Source of the DNA: Octopus sinensis
Taxonomy: Eukaryota
Length of the DNA: 64,000 nt
Direction: 5' to 3'
Assembly (NCBI RefSeq): GCF_006345805.1
Contig: NC_043024.1
Location: forward strand, 17,422,001-17,486,000
Shown here: positions 26,765 through 40,514 of the stretch, piece after piece
How the letters are laid out: every line of letters starts with the position of its first letter
How positions within the stretch are numbered: the stretch's first letter is position 1
Translations under genes and position numbers: made by a program
Notes under the pieces: model-generated
What the model saw: the letters and a program-made list of their open reading frames with translations, nothing else
What the model was told of the DNA's origin: nothing
The model's database searches: none

Positions 26765-26920
26765 CATATGATAGGCTTCTTTCAGTTTCCGTCTACTAAA
26801 TCCACTCACAAGGCTTTGGTCAGCCAAAGACTATAGCAAAAGACACTTGCCCAAGGTGCCACGCAGTGGGACTGAAACCAGAACCATGTGGTTGGTAAGC
26901 AAGCTACTTACCACATAGCC
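26268..26920 (-). mobile_element. SINE family A interrupted by a family B SINE (26410-26640) with a 7-bp TSD
   Basis: taagtta at 26403-26409 and 26639-26645. Confidence 0.85.
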
Positions 26921-27591
26921 AATATTTGTAAACAAAACTTGGAAGGCTTTGTAAGTGATGGAGAGAAAGCTGCTATTGGAAAACTCATAGCATAACAATA
27001 ATAACTGTTGGCGTTGATTTGTGGGTTTGATTCTGGCTGGGGTCAGCCCATGATTCTTCAGTCATTTGTTTGCATTTTAAAAATTATCACTTTAAATCGG
27101 AGAATAAAATATTCTTTTCTACTCTAGACACAAGGCCCGAAATGTTGGTGGGGGGGAAGTCAATTAGATCGACCCCAGTATGCAACTGATACTTAATTTA
27201 TCAACCCTGAAAGATGAAAGCCAAAGTCAAACCTCAATGGAATTTGAACTCAGAATGTAAAGACAGACGAAATACTGCTAAGCATTTCACCTGGTGTGCT
27301 AACGATTGTGTCAGCTCACCGCCTTCTGGAAAATAAAATATTATTATGATATATACAAATACAGTGTACATTTAAACACAAAAGACGTATTCATCATAGG
27401 ACTACCTGGATGCTTGAGAGGACAGTTAGTCCTATGATGGATACCTCTTTTGTGTTTAAATGTACACTGTATTTATATGAATAATATATAGTCTATTGAC
27501 TAAATTTTTTACATGCAAGGCCACTGGAAATAGAAATTTCTAATATTTCAGATTACCCTTTGATATTATTAATTATATATATATATATATA

Positions 27592-27987
27592 GGCGTAGGA
27601 GTGGCTGTGTGGTAAATAGCTTGCTTACCAACCACATCGTTCCGGGTTCAGTCCCACTGCATGGCATCTTGGGCAAGTGTCTTTTACTATAGCCTCGGGC
27701 CAACCAAAGCCTTGTGAGTGGATTTGAAAGACGGAAACTGAAAGAAGCTCGTCGTATATATGTATATATATATATGTGTATGTTTGTGTGTTGTGTTTGT
27801 CATCCCCCCAACATCACTTGACAACCGATGCTGGTTTGTTTACGTCTCCGTAACTTAGCGGTTCAGCAAAAGCGACCAATAGAATAAGTACTAGGCTTAC
27901 AAAAAATAAGTCCTGGGGTTGATTTCCTCGACTAAAGGCAGTGCTCCAGCATGGCCACAGTCAAATGACTGAAGCAAGTAAATGAAT
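27592..27987 (+). mobile_element. SINE family A, full length
   Basis: Same blocks as other copies. Confidence 0.85.
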
Positions 27988-27992
27988 AAATG

Positions 27993-28081
<89 letters not shown>

Positions 28082-28164
28082 AGAGGGTGTATATTTATTT
28101 ACATATGTGTGTATGCATATACATACATATTTGTATGATTTAGAGGTTAAATTAGCCTCGTTAA

Positions 28165-28645
28165 GGGATGGTATCGTCCAATGAATTACTGGTTTAATAC
28201 CCAATATTTGTTGTGAACAATAATATTCATAAAACAATAGGTTTATATATAAATCCTGGTTTATAATCATTCAAAAGAAAGTAAGAAAATAGAAATATAA
28301 CATTTAATAAAAATTTATTATCTGCATTACTCAAACATGGTTCCTTACAGCTGTTTCAATTAGGCTTAATAGATTAAAAAGTAATTAATAAAATCATTAT
28401 ATTAGGCAATATCTCTTCAGAGGGGTAGAAAAAAGATATACACTTAAAAACCTAATGGTATAACTTTTTTTCTATCCCACTGAAGAGATTTTGCCTAATA
28501 TAATGATTTTATTAACTACTATTTAATTTATTAGGCCTAAATGAAACAGCTGTAAGGGACTATGCTTGCTTTTTGCAGATAAATTTTTATTAAATGTTAT
28601 ATCTCCATTTTCTTACTTTCTTTTGAATGAGTATAAACCATGATA
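28165..28645. mobile_element. Palindromic PLE-terminus element with two divergent HHR motifs (28343-28423 on -, 28475-28559 on +)
   Basis: Arms 28255-28430 and 28465-28645 are inverted; each reads CTGAAGA-gattttgcctaat..attaggc-GAAACAGCTGTA-agg. Confidence 0.8.
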
Positions 28646-30134
28646 TATATGCATGATTTACAATTCTGTTCAGCTGCCAACTTCATTAAGCTGTATTATC
28701 TATAAATATATGTGTGTATATTTCAATAAATGTATGTGTGTGTATGTATGCACAAGTGTGCATGCTCTTACACACACGTGTGTATTTGTGTGCTGGTGTA
28801 TCGACAGCTAACTTTTACAATTCGATACTTGGCAACAGTCATGCTGTGGTGACCAAACAGATAAGTGTGTGTTTACGTGTGTGTGTGTGGGGGGGGGTGT
28901 GAGTGTTGGGAGTCATGTTCTGGTCCCCGGAGGTCGAGAGATTCTATCACCGAGAAGCAATAATTTCACAGATGTCCTAAAGCAAGATGTTCAACTCAAC
29001 ATGACATTTCACAGATTTACATATCTGCTTCATAGTTACTTCTATGTACCAATGATAGAGATATTATAATGTTGAAATGTTGATTGCTTGATCTTTGACC
29101 CTTTTGGCATAGATCAGTGTTTTAAGACACTTGAAGCCTACTTTATATCAGAAGGTCACAAGTTCAAATTGCCAACTTCTGTGTTTGTGTAAATTTTATA
29201 CTGTAGTCGTGATCTGACTAAAGTCTTATAAGTAGATTTTGTAAATGAAAACTGAAAGAAGCCCTTCATGTGTGTGTATGTGTGTGTACGTATGTATGCA
29301 TGCATGTGGGTGTGTGATGGCTGACCATGCATCAAGTGTACAAACAAAAAAAGCTATGCAAGCTTAAACGAACTTCTAAATTAAATAAATTTTAAATATC
29401 ATTAAAAGTGTTAGGAAATTGAAATTTAGGAACTAAAAATAAGGCCCCCCAAAAATATTTTAATCAAAACTTCATTAAAATTGTGCCATGTCAAATTAAA
29501 TAAAGCAGGAATCAGATCTGCTTCTGAACTTTCATCACAGAAAATCTTGACATTTTTATAAAATTGGTTTCATGCCACCTTTGGCATTGTTCCATTCAGA
29601 CTCCAAGGTGTCTGGCATAAAAAAACGGTTTTTTCCCCACTGATTCTCCACAGACTGCAAGAAAAACATACAAACACATGACACATGAACACATATTCTT
29701 TCTTTATTCTTTTATACGTTTCAGTCCACATACTGTGGCCATGCTGGAGTACTGCCAGTAGAAGGATTAGCTGCCCCAGTACAGAATTGAACCCTGGTCT
29801 CCTGCATTATACTACCAAGGACTGGTTATATATTCATACAAACATACAGATACACACATATTCCTACAAATGCGTGTACACGTTTATTTATATCTCTGCT
29901 CACTCACATAGATATGCATATGCACACACACATACACCCGTGATATGTTGCTGCAGCAGCACCAGTTGTCGTATGAGTTGTATTGATTCTTTTCATTCAC
30001 CATTAGCAATGAAAACAGACTGCGTCCCAACCACATGGTCCTGGGTTCAGTCCTACTATGTGTCACCTTGGGTGAGTGTCTTCTACTACAGTCGCTTGTG
30101 AGTAGTTTTTGTAAACTGAAGGAAACCTATCATG

Positions 30135-30192
<58 letters not shown>

Positions 30193-30197
30193 GCATG

Positions 30198-30229
<32 letters not shown>

Positions 30230-30256
30230 TATATTTATATATAGACACATGCATGG

Positions 30257-30296
<40 letters not shown>

Positions 30297-31438
30297 ATAC
30301 ACACACAGACATATATATATGTACATATGTATGTATATGTTCATATGGCCACAGTCCATCACCTGACACAAAATTAAAATAATAAAATATATACTAAATA
30401 CCATACAAAGATACATTAGATATCTGCAAGAGAAATTCATAATTTGATCAATTATATATATATAAATTAAATTAGAGATAAAACCACTATTAGGCAAATT
30501 AAACAGTGAAAAACATAAACCAAAACATAGAAATAAAATTAATTAATATAATATACAAAATATATAAAATATAAAATTTAAATTATTTAAATTTAAAGTT
30601 AAAAATTTTAAATTATTAATTTATATTTATAAATTTTTATATATATATATAAATATTTTTTTTTTATTTATTTATTCACTTATTTATTTATTTTATTTTA
30701 TTTTTTTATTTTTTAATTAAATATATATAACTATCAAAAAGTATTAAAAAGTTATATATATATATATAATTTGATCAATTATATATATATATAATATGTG
30801 ACAATTATTCATTAGCCATGATAAAACTCCAAGTTTCGGATGTCGGGGCATAAACCCATGTCATCTCCTCATTTATCGGGCCATCGAAAAAATGCTATGA
30901 AAATACACACACACACACATACATGTGTATATATATAATTTGACAACCAGTGTTGGTTTGTTTACATCCTCGTAACTCCACAGCTTGGCAAAAGAAACAT
31001 AGAGTAAGGACATGGCTTAAGATAAAAAAAGTGCTGGCGTTGGATTTGTTCAACTAATCCTTCAAGACTATGCTCCAGCATGGCCAGAATCCAACACCTG
31101 ACTTAAGTAAATTAAAGAAAAAGATATATTAAATACCATAGAAAAATATATTGAACATTTAGATCTTCAGTTATTAGAGTGTGGCCATGCTGGTGCACCA
31201 CTTTTAGGAATTTTGGTCAGACTAATTGACCCCAGGACATATTTTCGTTCATTAAACCTGCTACTTATTCTATCAGTCACTTTTTGTTGATGGGGACATA
31301 AACACGCCAACACCAGTTGCCAAGTGGTAGTGGAGGACAAACAGTCACAAAGCCCCCCCACACACACACACACACACGCACACATATAAGGAAACGAGAT
31401 AATACGGGAAAAGCAATGGTTATGCTATGAAATTCATT

Positions 31439-31520
31439 AGCTTACAGTTGTTTCTGCTATAAGAGGCTGAAGACATTTAGTTGAGTACCTGAATAAACAT
31501 CGTATAGTTTCATCAGTCTC
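31439..31520 (-). ncRNA. Degenerate hammerhead motif in a PLE-terminus-like fragment
   Basis: CTGATGA-aactata..tatagca-GAAA-CAACTG-TA-agct; stem I disrupted. Confidence 0.4.
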
Positions 31521-31579
31521 ACAAAGCCTGAGCAATACACACATATATATGTGTGTGTGTGTGTGTGCATATATGTATG

Positions 31580-31611
<32 letters not shown>

Positions 31612-32124
31612 CGCCCTATTATTATTATTATTATATATAAATACACAGGATGATTGAAAATAATACTCTATTTTAAAATACTTATAAATTATTTATTAGA
31701 AAATTGCTATTTTTATATCTCACAATGAGAGATATTCAGCAACAGTACTTTGGAGTAAAGATTTTTGCCAACATAACATGGCAGTCCTGGTTTAGGACGA
31801 ATGTTACTGTAATTTAACCCCAGGAGACATCGTCTCCAGCTGGCTATACAACATGATTGTGTTGTATAGCCAGCTATAAAAGAATCAATACAACTCTTAC
31901 AACTGGTGCTGCTGCAGTAATATATCCAAAGGCTATAGAAGATGACACTTGTCCAAGGTACCATATAGTGGGAGTGGACCTGAAACTATGTGGCAGGGAT
32001 GCAAGCTTCTTCCCACACAGCCATTCTTTAGGAATCCCTCTCTGACCAACAGACTGGGTGTGTGAGGGAGGGTAGTTGGTACCTATGTCAATGTGGATAG
32101 CTCTCTCTTACTCTCTCTTTTACT

Positions 32125-32522
32125 CTTTTACTTGTTTCAGTCATTTGACTGCGGCCTTGCTGGAGCACCGCCTTTAGTTGAGCAAATCAACCCCAGGACT
32201 TATTCTTTGTAAGCCTAGTATTTATTCTATTGGTCTCTTTTGCCGAACCACTAAGTTATGGGGACATAAACACACCAGCATCAGTTGTCAAGTAATGTTG
32301 GGAGTACAAACATATACACACACACACACACACATATATATATACATATACATATATACGACGGGCTTCTTTAAGTTTCCGTCTACCAAATTAACTCACA
32401 AGGCTTTGGTCGGCCTGAGGCTATAGTGAAAGACACTTGCCCAAGGTGCCATGCAGTAGGAATGAACCCAGAACCATGTGGTTGGTAAGCAAGTTACTTA
32501 CCACACAGCCACTCCTGTGCCT
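32125..32522 (-). mobile_element. SINE family A, full length
   Basis: Reverse complement of the family A blocks. Confidence 0.85.
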
Positions 32523-33019
32523 ATGTGTAGTTCTTGAAATAAGTTCACTAAGTTTCTTCAGCTCTATTCTAAGGAGTTCCAACTATAGTTGTGTACTGAA
32601 GGTCCTTTTATGGGAATAGAGTCTCAGCTTCCTTCATGTTTAGAACCAGGGTGTGTCATTTTGGTTCAGTCTGTATATTCAATTGCAATGACAATATTGT
32701 GTTATTCAAAGAGGTTTTACCTAGGGCTAAGCAACAACAACAACAACATTGTTAAGTGCCAAATACAGGTGGAAGAAAAACGCGAATTACGAAAAAAAAT
32801 AAAACTACAAAAAATCCTTAAAAGAATAATAAAAGAATTTGTCCAACTTTCCAATGGAATATTTCTGCTTCTGACAGTTTGGTCTCTATTTATATCTTTC
32901 TGCTTGTTCCAAATGCATATACATACACACACACATTCATTTATATGTAAATATATGCACACACATACACACACAATATATGTATATATATGTGTGTATG
33001 TGTGTATATATATGCATGC

Positions 33020-33057
<38 letters not shown>

Positions 33058-33060
33058 ATA

Positions 33061-33096
<36 letters not shown>

Positions 33097-33166
33097 TATA
33101 TATATATAAAACATATATATATATGCATATATATATATATATTCATATAAATTTATATATATATAT

Positions 33167-33198
<32 letters not shown>

Positions 33199-33223
33199 CA
33201 TATATATGTGTGTGTGTCTGTGT

Positions 33224-33445
33224 GGAGGCACAATGGCCCAGTGGTTAGGGCAGTGGACTTGGGGTCGGAGGATCGTATTTTCGATTCCCAGACTGGGCGT
33301 TGTGTGTGTTTACTGAGTGAAAACACCTAAAGCTCCTTGAGGCTCTGACGACCCCCCTGTTGTACCCTTTCACCCCAACTTTCTCTCACTCCTTCCTGTT
33401 CTTGAGTAATGCTGCAATGGACTGCGTCCCGTCCAGCTGGCTAGG
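33224..33445 (+). mobile_element. SINE family D with tRNA-Arg-like head (OR-type octopus SINE-like)
   Basis: ggaggcacaatggcccagtggttagggcag..ttcgattcccagac head; copies at 43976-44280(+), 54700-54883(-), 61228-61400(+); the 43976 copy shows a gactcgcggtc (TCG) anticodon arm. Confidence 0.75.
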
Positions 33446-33467
33446 CTTGAAAAATGGTGCATAAATA

Positions 33468-33519
<52 letters not shown>

Positions 33520-35262
33520 AATAGATGTGTGTATTTTCCCTTTGTTTACAATGAACATGGAAAAAATAGATAAACAGGTACCATGGTAGCGAAAAATCAC
33601 ACAAGTAAAAAGGGCGTAATACCTTCAAAATGTTTCTGACCAAAAACTACAACAGGTTAAGAATAGTTGAGTTGAGATCTTACGTAGAATGGGCTTAGGC
33701 ATCATTTTTGATGATGATGTAATGAAGGCTAACTTTTTAGATATTACACTTAACTTAAACAATAATTCGTACTTCCCATACCACAAGCCATTGACCAATC
33801 TTAAGTATATTAGCAAATTCAGTCATCATTCTAGGGCAATTACTAGGAACTTAGTTAAGAATATTTTATTTAGATTGTCTAAGTTATCTGCTAATGTTGA
33901 CATTTTCAATGATAAGGCTGAATTTTATAACTCTGCCTTAATTAAAGCAGGTTATACAGATATAGTTACCTACATTAATTCCATTCAAACTTATTCTACC
34001 TTTACTAATGGAGACATGAAATCTAGTTTTAAGGATATAAATGATATCAATTTTAATTTATACACTAACACCAAAAAGTGGAAGGGAGATAACCCTTATT
34101 TAAACCCCTTTTTTCATTTTAAAGGTAAATCGATGACTTTTAAAGATAGTTACACTAAAAATAAGGCAACTAATAGTAAAACTGTTTAGTTGATTATTCC
34201 TTATGGGAGGCAAATTAAATCTAATCTTCCTTTGCAGTTTCGGAAAGCTATTATTAGGAATTTTCTGAAGAATTCTAGGTGTTACTCTGTTATCAACTCA
34301 CACAGGGTTAGGATTGGTTTTTCCAACACAAAAAATCTTTTACAAATCATCTCCTTACATAATATTAGTCTGTGAAATAAGAATACATTTACTAATACTA
34401 ACATTAATTTAGCTAATACCATCCATCCCCCTAGAAATATTAATAACAAGTCAATTCCAATAGAATTAAGTTTATGCCAAGTAATTCTAAAATTAAAAAC
34501 TCTATATACCAGTGTAAAATTACTTCAGGTACTGATGTCTTTTTTTATAGGTATTTCTTCTCAGTTATCGAAAAGAATTTCTAATCATTACTCTACATTT
34601 AGGGATAGGAATAAACATAACAGTACAGGGCTCAGTAAATAAATTTGGTATCTAAAAACCATAATAAACTATTTAATTTAGATTGGTTGATTCTCTCCAT
34701 TTCGTTCCCTTATGATAAAGGCAAGAAATTCTGTCTTCTCTGTAATTGTGAACCTTTTTTTATTCTTTTTTCTAAAAATCCCCTTGTAAACATGGATATA
34801 CAGCATGCTTACTGATGTAAACATTGGCAGAAACACACTTTAATTCATATAAGTGATATCTACCATTACATATAATTTAAACATTGATTTTCTTCTTACA
34901 ATTCACTTCCACTAGATATATCTTGTTCCAAGACTTTAGGGTTTTATTTAATTTACATTTCATTCTATATTTCTCATTTATTTGGTTTCATTTTTTTTCT
35001 TTACCCCTCCTCTTTCTATAGGCTACCTTTGACGTTATATCCTCTAATGCTTTTTTAAAAAAACTTTATAGCATTCAGTTCATCACTATACATATCCATC
35101 ACATTCTGTTAAAATGTTTTATTGACGAGTTTTATTTATTCATTTCCCTGAAGAGAAGATTACATTGTTTTACACCATTTTATTCCTTTGGAATAATACC
35201 AATGACATCTTCGAAATCTGTGACAGAAGTAAAAGAATTTGAATAACACCTGCATTTAACTC
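33520..35262 (+). mobile_element. Penelope-like element, 5'-truncated and decayed (RT C-terminus, GIY-YIG, 3' end with degenerate HHR), flanked by (TA)n
   Basis: ANFLDITLNL..YFPYHKP..YISKFSHH..RLSKLS..YNSALIKAGY; IPYGRQIKSNL..RIGFSNTKNL; FPYDKGKKFCLLC; CTGAAGA gaagat..atcttc GAAA tctgt g acaga at 35148-35227. Confidence 0.85.
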
Positions 35263-35263
35263 C

Positions 35264-35306
<43 letters not shown>

Positions 35307-35332
35307 CAATATTAGATATGTACATATATACA

Positions 35333-35529
35333 CAAGGTTATTACATGAGTACCTATATCGCTAATGATAGAAGTAAAAAAATACTTTTGTACTACCGAAT
35401 AGTCACAAATCTATTACAGACTAGACAGGAAAAAATATTTTTTCCTATCTTGTCTGTTATGGATTTGTGGTACAGAAGTATTTTTTGACTTCTATCATTA
35501 GCAATATAGGTAGTTATGTAATAACCTTG
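35333..35529. repeat. Foldback (MITE-like) inverted repeat, ~95-bp arms
   Basis: caaggttattacat..gatagaagtaaaaaaatactt / aagtattttttgacttctatc..atgtaataaccttg, centred on aaaaatattttt. Confidence 0.75.
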
Positions 35530-35854
35530 GCAGAAACGTTAGCACGCTGGGCGAAATGCGTAGCCGTATTTCGCCTGCTGTTACGTACTAAGTTCAATTT
35601 CCGCCAAGGTCGACTTTGCCTTTCATCCTTTCGGGGTCGATAAATTAAGTACCAGTTACGCACTGGGGTCGATGTAATCGAATTAATCCGTTTGTCTGTC
35701 CTTGTTTGTCCCCTCTATGTTTAGCCCCCTGTGGGCAATAAGAAATAAAAATATTGTATGTATATATTTTATTAATTTGCCTGTACAGCTGATAATTCGC
35801 TTACCACTTGTGATGGTATTATAATAATACCATCCCTATATTTATATATATATA

Positions 35855-35906
<52 letters not shown>

Positions 35907-36689
35907 TATATACATGTAACTACATGTGGACTGTTAGCGATTTTTTTTCCTCCTTTTTCTTTTGGACTTTCCTGTGTTTCCTGTTTCCGAAGAAGAGCTT
36001 TGCTCAAAGCGTAAAACAACCACTCTACCTTTCTTTCTCTGAATGTCTTATTAATACTTTGCATTTACCATGTCCTCACATTGTTGTTTTTTCTTGACTT
36101 TTTCCTCCATTTTTTCTATTAATTATATATACATATATATATACATACACACACATATATTTACATATATGTATATATTTATATATACACATCTATACGT
36201 ATATGCATACACACACATATATAAGAACATACATCCTTATATATGCATATTTATAAACGCATATATATATTTATATACATACATGCATGCATAATTATAT
36301 CAAAAGTTTTTATCACGTAGGATAAATCTCATTGGTTATAGTCCCACCTACACATTAAGCTAATACAAATAAACCAGCATCACAGCTTTGTTAATAGTTA
36401 TTATAAATGTGCAATGAATCTTATACAAAATGTTTCATGAACATCTGTCTTGTCTCAATATGAGACTGCGATCTACAGACACAGGACCTTCACCAGCTAT
36501 GAGAAAAGATCAATCCAACTAGTTTCTTCTTTGGCACACCAAGGAATTTTTGTAAGTTTGTCTTAAATGCCTATGCTCATTTTCAGACCTTTCTTTAGCC
36601 TTTGTTTCATAAGTACTGAGTATTATAAAACTTTCATTATAAAACTTTCATTCCTTAAATACCAAGTTTTAGGTGTATCGTTTATGACT

Positions 36690-37100
36690 TCAGCAGTGTG
36701 GTAGAGTTCTTAGATCTGCAAAGGATCTGTGTCCTTTCAGCTATGTATAGCTTATAACATTTTGATTTGTTGACATATGGTGTGGACTTTTCAACTATTT
36801 CCCACTTGCCTTGTTTTTAACTTGTTATGCCATGTGGGCATTGCCTGATGATTGCATGAAAGCAGTAGATGTGTTTAAAAATGTCTGAGTTGCTTTCATT
36901 GCATGAAACTAATAGCAGCTCATAAAAATATATATTAGACTTCAAAGCCCATATGTGTCTAGCCAACTTAGTGGCTAGTGGCAATTTTTGAAGTCACCTT
37001 CACATAGCCCAGTGTAGCCCTTTTTTGCAGTTAATAAGCAAGAAACTAATAACAGCCCATTAAAAATATATTGTGCTTATTAAATAATATATATGTGTAT
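36690..37100 (-). mobile_element. PLE GIY-YIG fragment carrying an internally inverted HHR-bearing segment (36825-36935, + strand)
   Basis: Minus strand YTGLCEGDF..TKLARHIWGF; plus strand cattgc-CTGATGA-ttgca..tgcat-GAAA-ctaa-TA-gcag at 36839-36919. Confidence 0.75.
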
Positions 37101-38014
37101 ATAAAAATATATTCACAAGAATCGCAGTATCACAAGAATCTCTATGATATGCATAGTGATTGTGACATGGGGCTGTTTGGAAGAAACTCTGACTCTTACA
37201 CTAACATTCTCTTTGCATTTTTTTTCCAATCTCTTTACTTCTCTTTTGTGTTCTGTTATTCTTTTCCTTGCCTGGATTCTCCCTCTCCATTTCTATTCTT
37301 CTCTTCTGCCTCTTGGTCCTCGTAGGTGAAATGAAAAAAGCATTGCAATGGAGGATGGTGAGGGAGATGCAGTGGAAGAGCTACTCTGACTCACAGTGCT
37401 TGCAATTGTGAGCAGCCAACTCTGTCCCTATTACGGGGAGCAGGGTTAGATTTCAGGGGCCAAGAACGCTAGAGGTCGTCTCCCTTGCTACAGGCTTGAC
37501 CTACCCTAATGGTTGAAAAAAATTGGGAATGTGTATCATATATGATGCAGGGAACCAGGGAAATATGTTCTGTGTATCACATGTTGATATCCAAGACAGG
37601 TGTGTGTGGGTGTGCATGCACACACATGTGCATATGTGTATACATATCATCATCATCATTTAATATCTGTTGTCAATACTGGCATGGGTTGGACGGTTTG
37701 ACCAGGGATGGTCAGCTAGAAGGCTGCACCAGACTCCCATCTGATTTGGCATGGATGCCCTTCCTAACATCTACCACTACGAGAGTGTAATGGTTTTTTT
37801 TTTCATGCCACTGGCATGTGTGCCAATTTGCGTGACACCAGTATCTGCCATGACTGCAATTTTGCTCAGCTTGATGGGTCTTCTTCTCAAGCACGACATA
37901 ATGCAAAGGTCTTAGTCATTGCCTCTGTGAGGCCCAACACTCGGAAGGAAGACATACATACATATATACATACATATATATATACACACGCATGCACACA
38001 TATATATATATAGT

Positions 38015-38800
38015 GTACTGTTCCATGATGGTAAGATCAACAAAAAAGTACTCCATCTGGTGAGAAATAAATATTATTTGATAAACACAACGTATTTTTA
38101 TGAGCCACTGCTAGTTTCATGCAATGAAAGCAACTCAGACATCTTTTAACACCTCTGGTGCCTTTGTACAATCATCAGGCAATGCCCACATGGCATAACA
38201 CGTTATAAACAGAACAATAGGATGAGAGAAAAAACAAGAAAAGGCAAGAAGGAAGTAGATGTAAAATGTGGGAGGTTGAAACACCAGAAAATGGAAAAGA
38301 AATCAGAAGAAAGCTAGAGGTGAGAGAATTAGAGTTATGTCCCTTTGACCATGAAGTCATAAGGCTGAAAGGACAGTGGCCTAGAGTCTGCAGTACAGCT
38401 GCTCAGTTCAGAGATGGTGGTACTTTCCAATTGCCCAACAGGAACTTATCCATGTCTTTGCAACTTCTGAAAATTTCATATCTGGAATTCAGCAGTTCTT
38501 AGATCTGAAAAGGATCTGTGATCTTTCAGTTATGCATAGCTTATAATTTTTTGATTTGTTGACATATGATATGAACTTTTCAATTATTTTCCACTTGATT
38601 GTATATGGTGTGGCATTAGACTTTCAACCCCATTTGAGGCTGGCCAACTAAGTGGCCTTGCTTTTGTCCCTGTATCAGAAGGAAGATATGAGCGATTTTT
38701 TAAGTCGTCTTCACATAGCCCAGTGTAGCTGTTCTTTACAGTTAATAAGCAGGAAACTAATAGATGCTCATAAAAATATATATTGTGCTTATTAAATAAT
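38015..38800 (-). mobile_element. PLE 3' portion (GIY-YIG plus 3' end with HHR motif at 38105-38184)
   Basis: NSYTGLCEDDLK, KWKIIEK..ELLNSRYEIF; 3' end homologous to 11110-11200. Confidence 0.8.
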
Positions 38801-39080
38801 ATATATATGTGTATTAAAATATATATATATGTATACATACATACATATATATATATACATATATATACATACACACACACACACACACATATATATACAC
38901 ATATATACATACATATATATGTATACATATATATATATATGTATACATACATACATACTTATATATATACCCATATATATATACATATATATACATATAC
39001 ATATATATATAAATATACATATATATATATATATACATATACATACATATATATATATATATATATACACCCATATATAT

Positions 39081-39112
<32 letters not shown>

Positions 39113-39121
39113 ATATATGTA

Positions 39122-39157
<36 letters not shown>

Positions 39158-39329
39158 TATATGTATATATATATGTATATTATATATATATGTATGTATA
39201 TATGTATGTATATATGTATATATATGTATGTATATGTATGTATGTATGTATATATATGTATATATGTATGTATATATATATTATATATATGTATGTATGT
39301 ATGTATATATATGTATGTATGTGTATATA

Positions 39330-39397
<68 letters not shown>

Positions 39398-39420
39398 GCA
39401 TGTATGTATGTATGTATATA
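38800..39420. repeat. (AT)n/(ATAC)n microsatellite
   Basis: Direct inspection. Confidence 0.95.
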
Positions 39421-40514
39421 TGTTATATTTTGAAATGAATAATGGCACTTCATATATGTATCCGAAATGTTACTTTTTTTATGTCTCTTTCACTACCCAC
39501 AATACAATACAAATGTAAAACAGAAAAAGACACAGGTTTGAAAGGGAAATTTCAGAATGAAATGATGTAAATGTTAAATGGGTGAAAGGTCAAACGAGAA
39601 CATGGCAGCAGGACACAAGATTTATTATGAAACAACAACAAAAAATATAACACACACACACACACATATATATATAACTTAGTTTTATTTTATTAGAATA
39701 TTAATAATAAGCAAAAACCAATTCAAGGAAAATTTTGCTAAAATATAGTAATAGAAAAAAAGGACTGAAAATATATATTTTTGAATTATTTTGGAAAAAT
39801 CTGAGGAAAAACACACATAAAAGAAAAAAAAATATATTTAAAAATTGTAAACAAAAAAATAAAATATTCAAAGAACATGTTTAAAAAAGACAGACATAAA
39901 CACACAAAAACGTTAGTCTGTAAAACAGGAATAGAAAAAAATAAGATAGGCAAAAACAAGCAAAAAAGAACATTAAAAATTGATATACAAATAAAAAATA
40001 TAAAAACAAACATTAGCAAGTATAAAACACACACAAAATAAATTAATGAACACAAACACAAAATAAATTATAAAAATGGCAAATAGAAAAAATAGAAACA
40101 TAAAATATAAAAAACACCCATAAAATTTTAAAACATCAATATAATATATTTGAAGAAACTACCACACAAACAAAATATAAAGCAAAAATATAAATGCTAA
40201 CAAATTTTAAAAACAAATTATAATCAAACAGATCAATATTTATTGTGAGTTTTATTATTTGTTAATATTGATTATGGCCCTGGGGTACTTTTAACAAAGT
40301 CCACTTTGTTGCAAACATCTGGATCTAGGGTCTGGTTGGAGGATAACTTCCTTCTTTTGTGCTACCAGTGTCAGAGGTTCAGTTGAGAGTCAGGGTGTTG
40401 TCTTTTCACTTCTGAAAAGAGCTGTTTAACCCTTCAGCATTCAGATATGCTTAACCCTTCAACATTCAAATATAAGGCTTCTCTGTTCACACTGTTTCGA
40501 ATTAATCATACATT

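Noticed and set aside
30810-30885. Minus-strand ccgataa..catcc-GAAACTTGGAGTT, HHR-like
   Set aside because: Two core mismatches and no stem I; too degenerate to call
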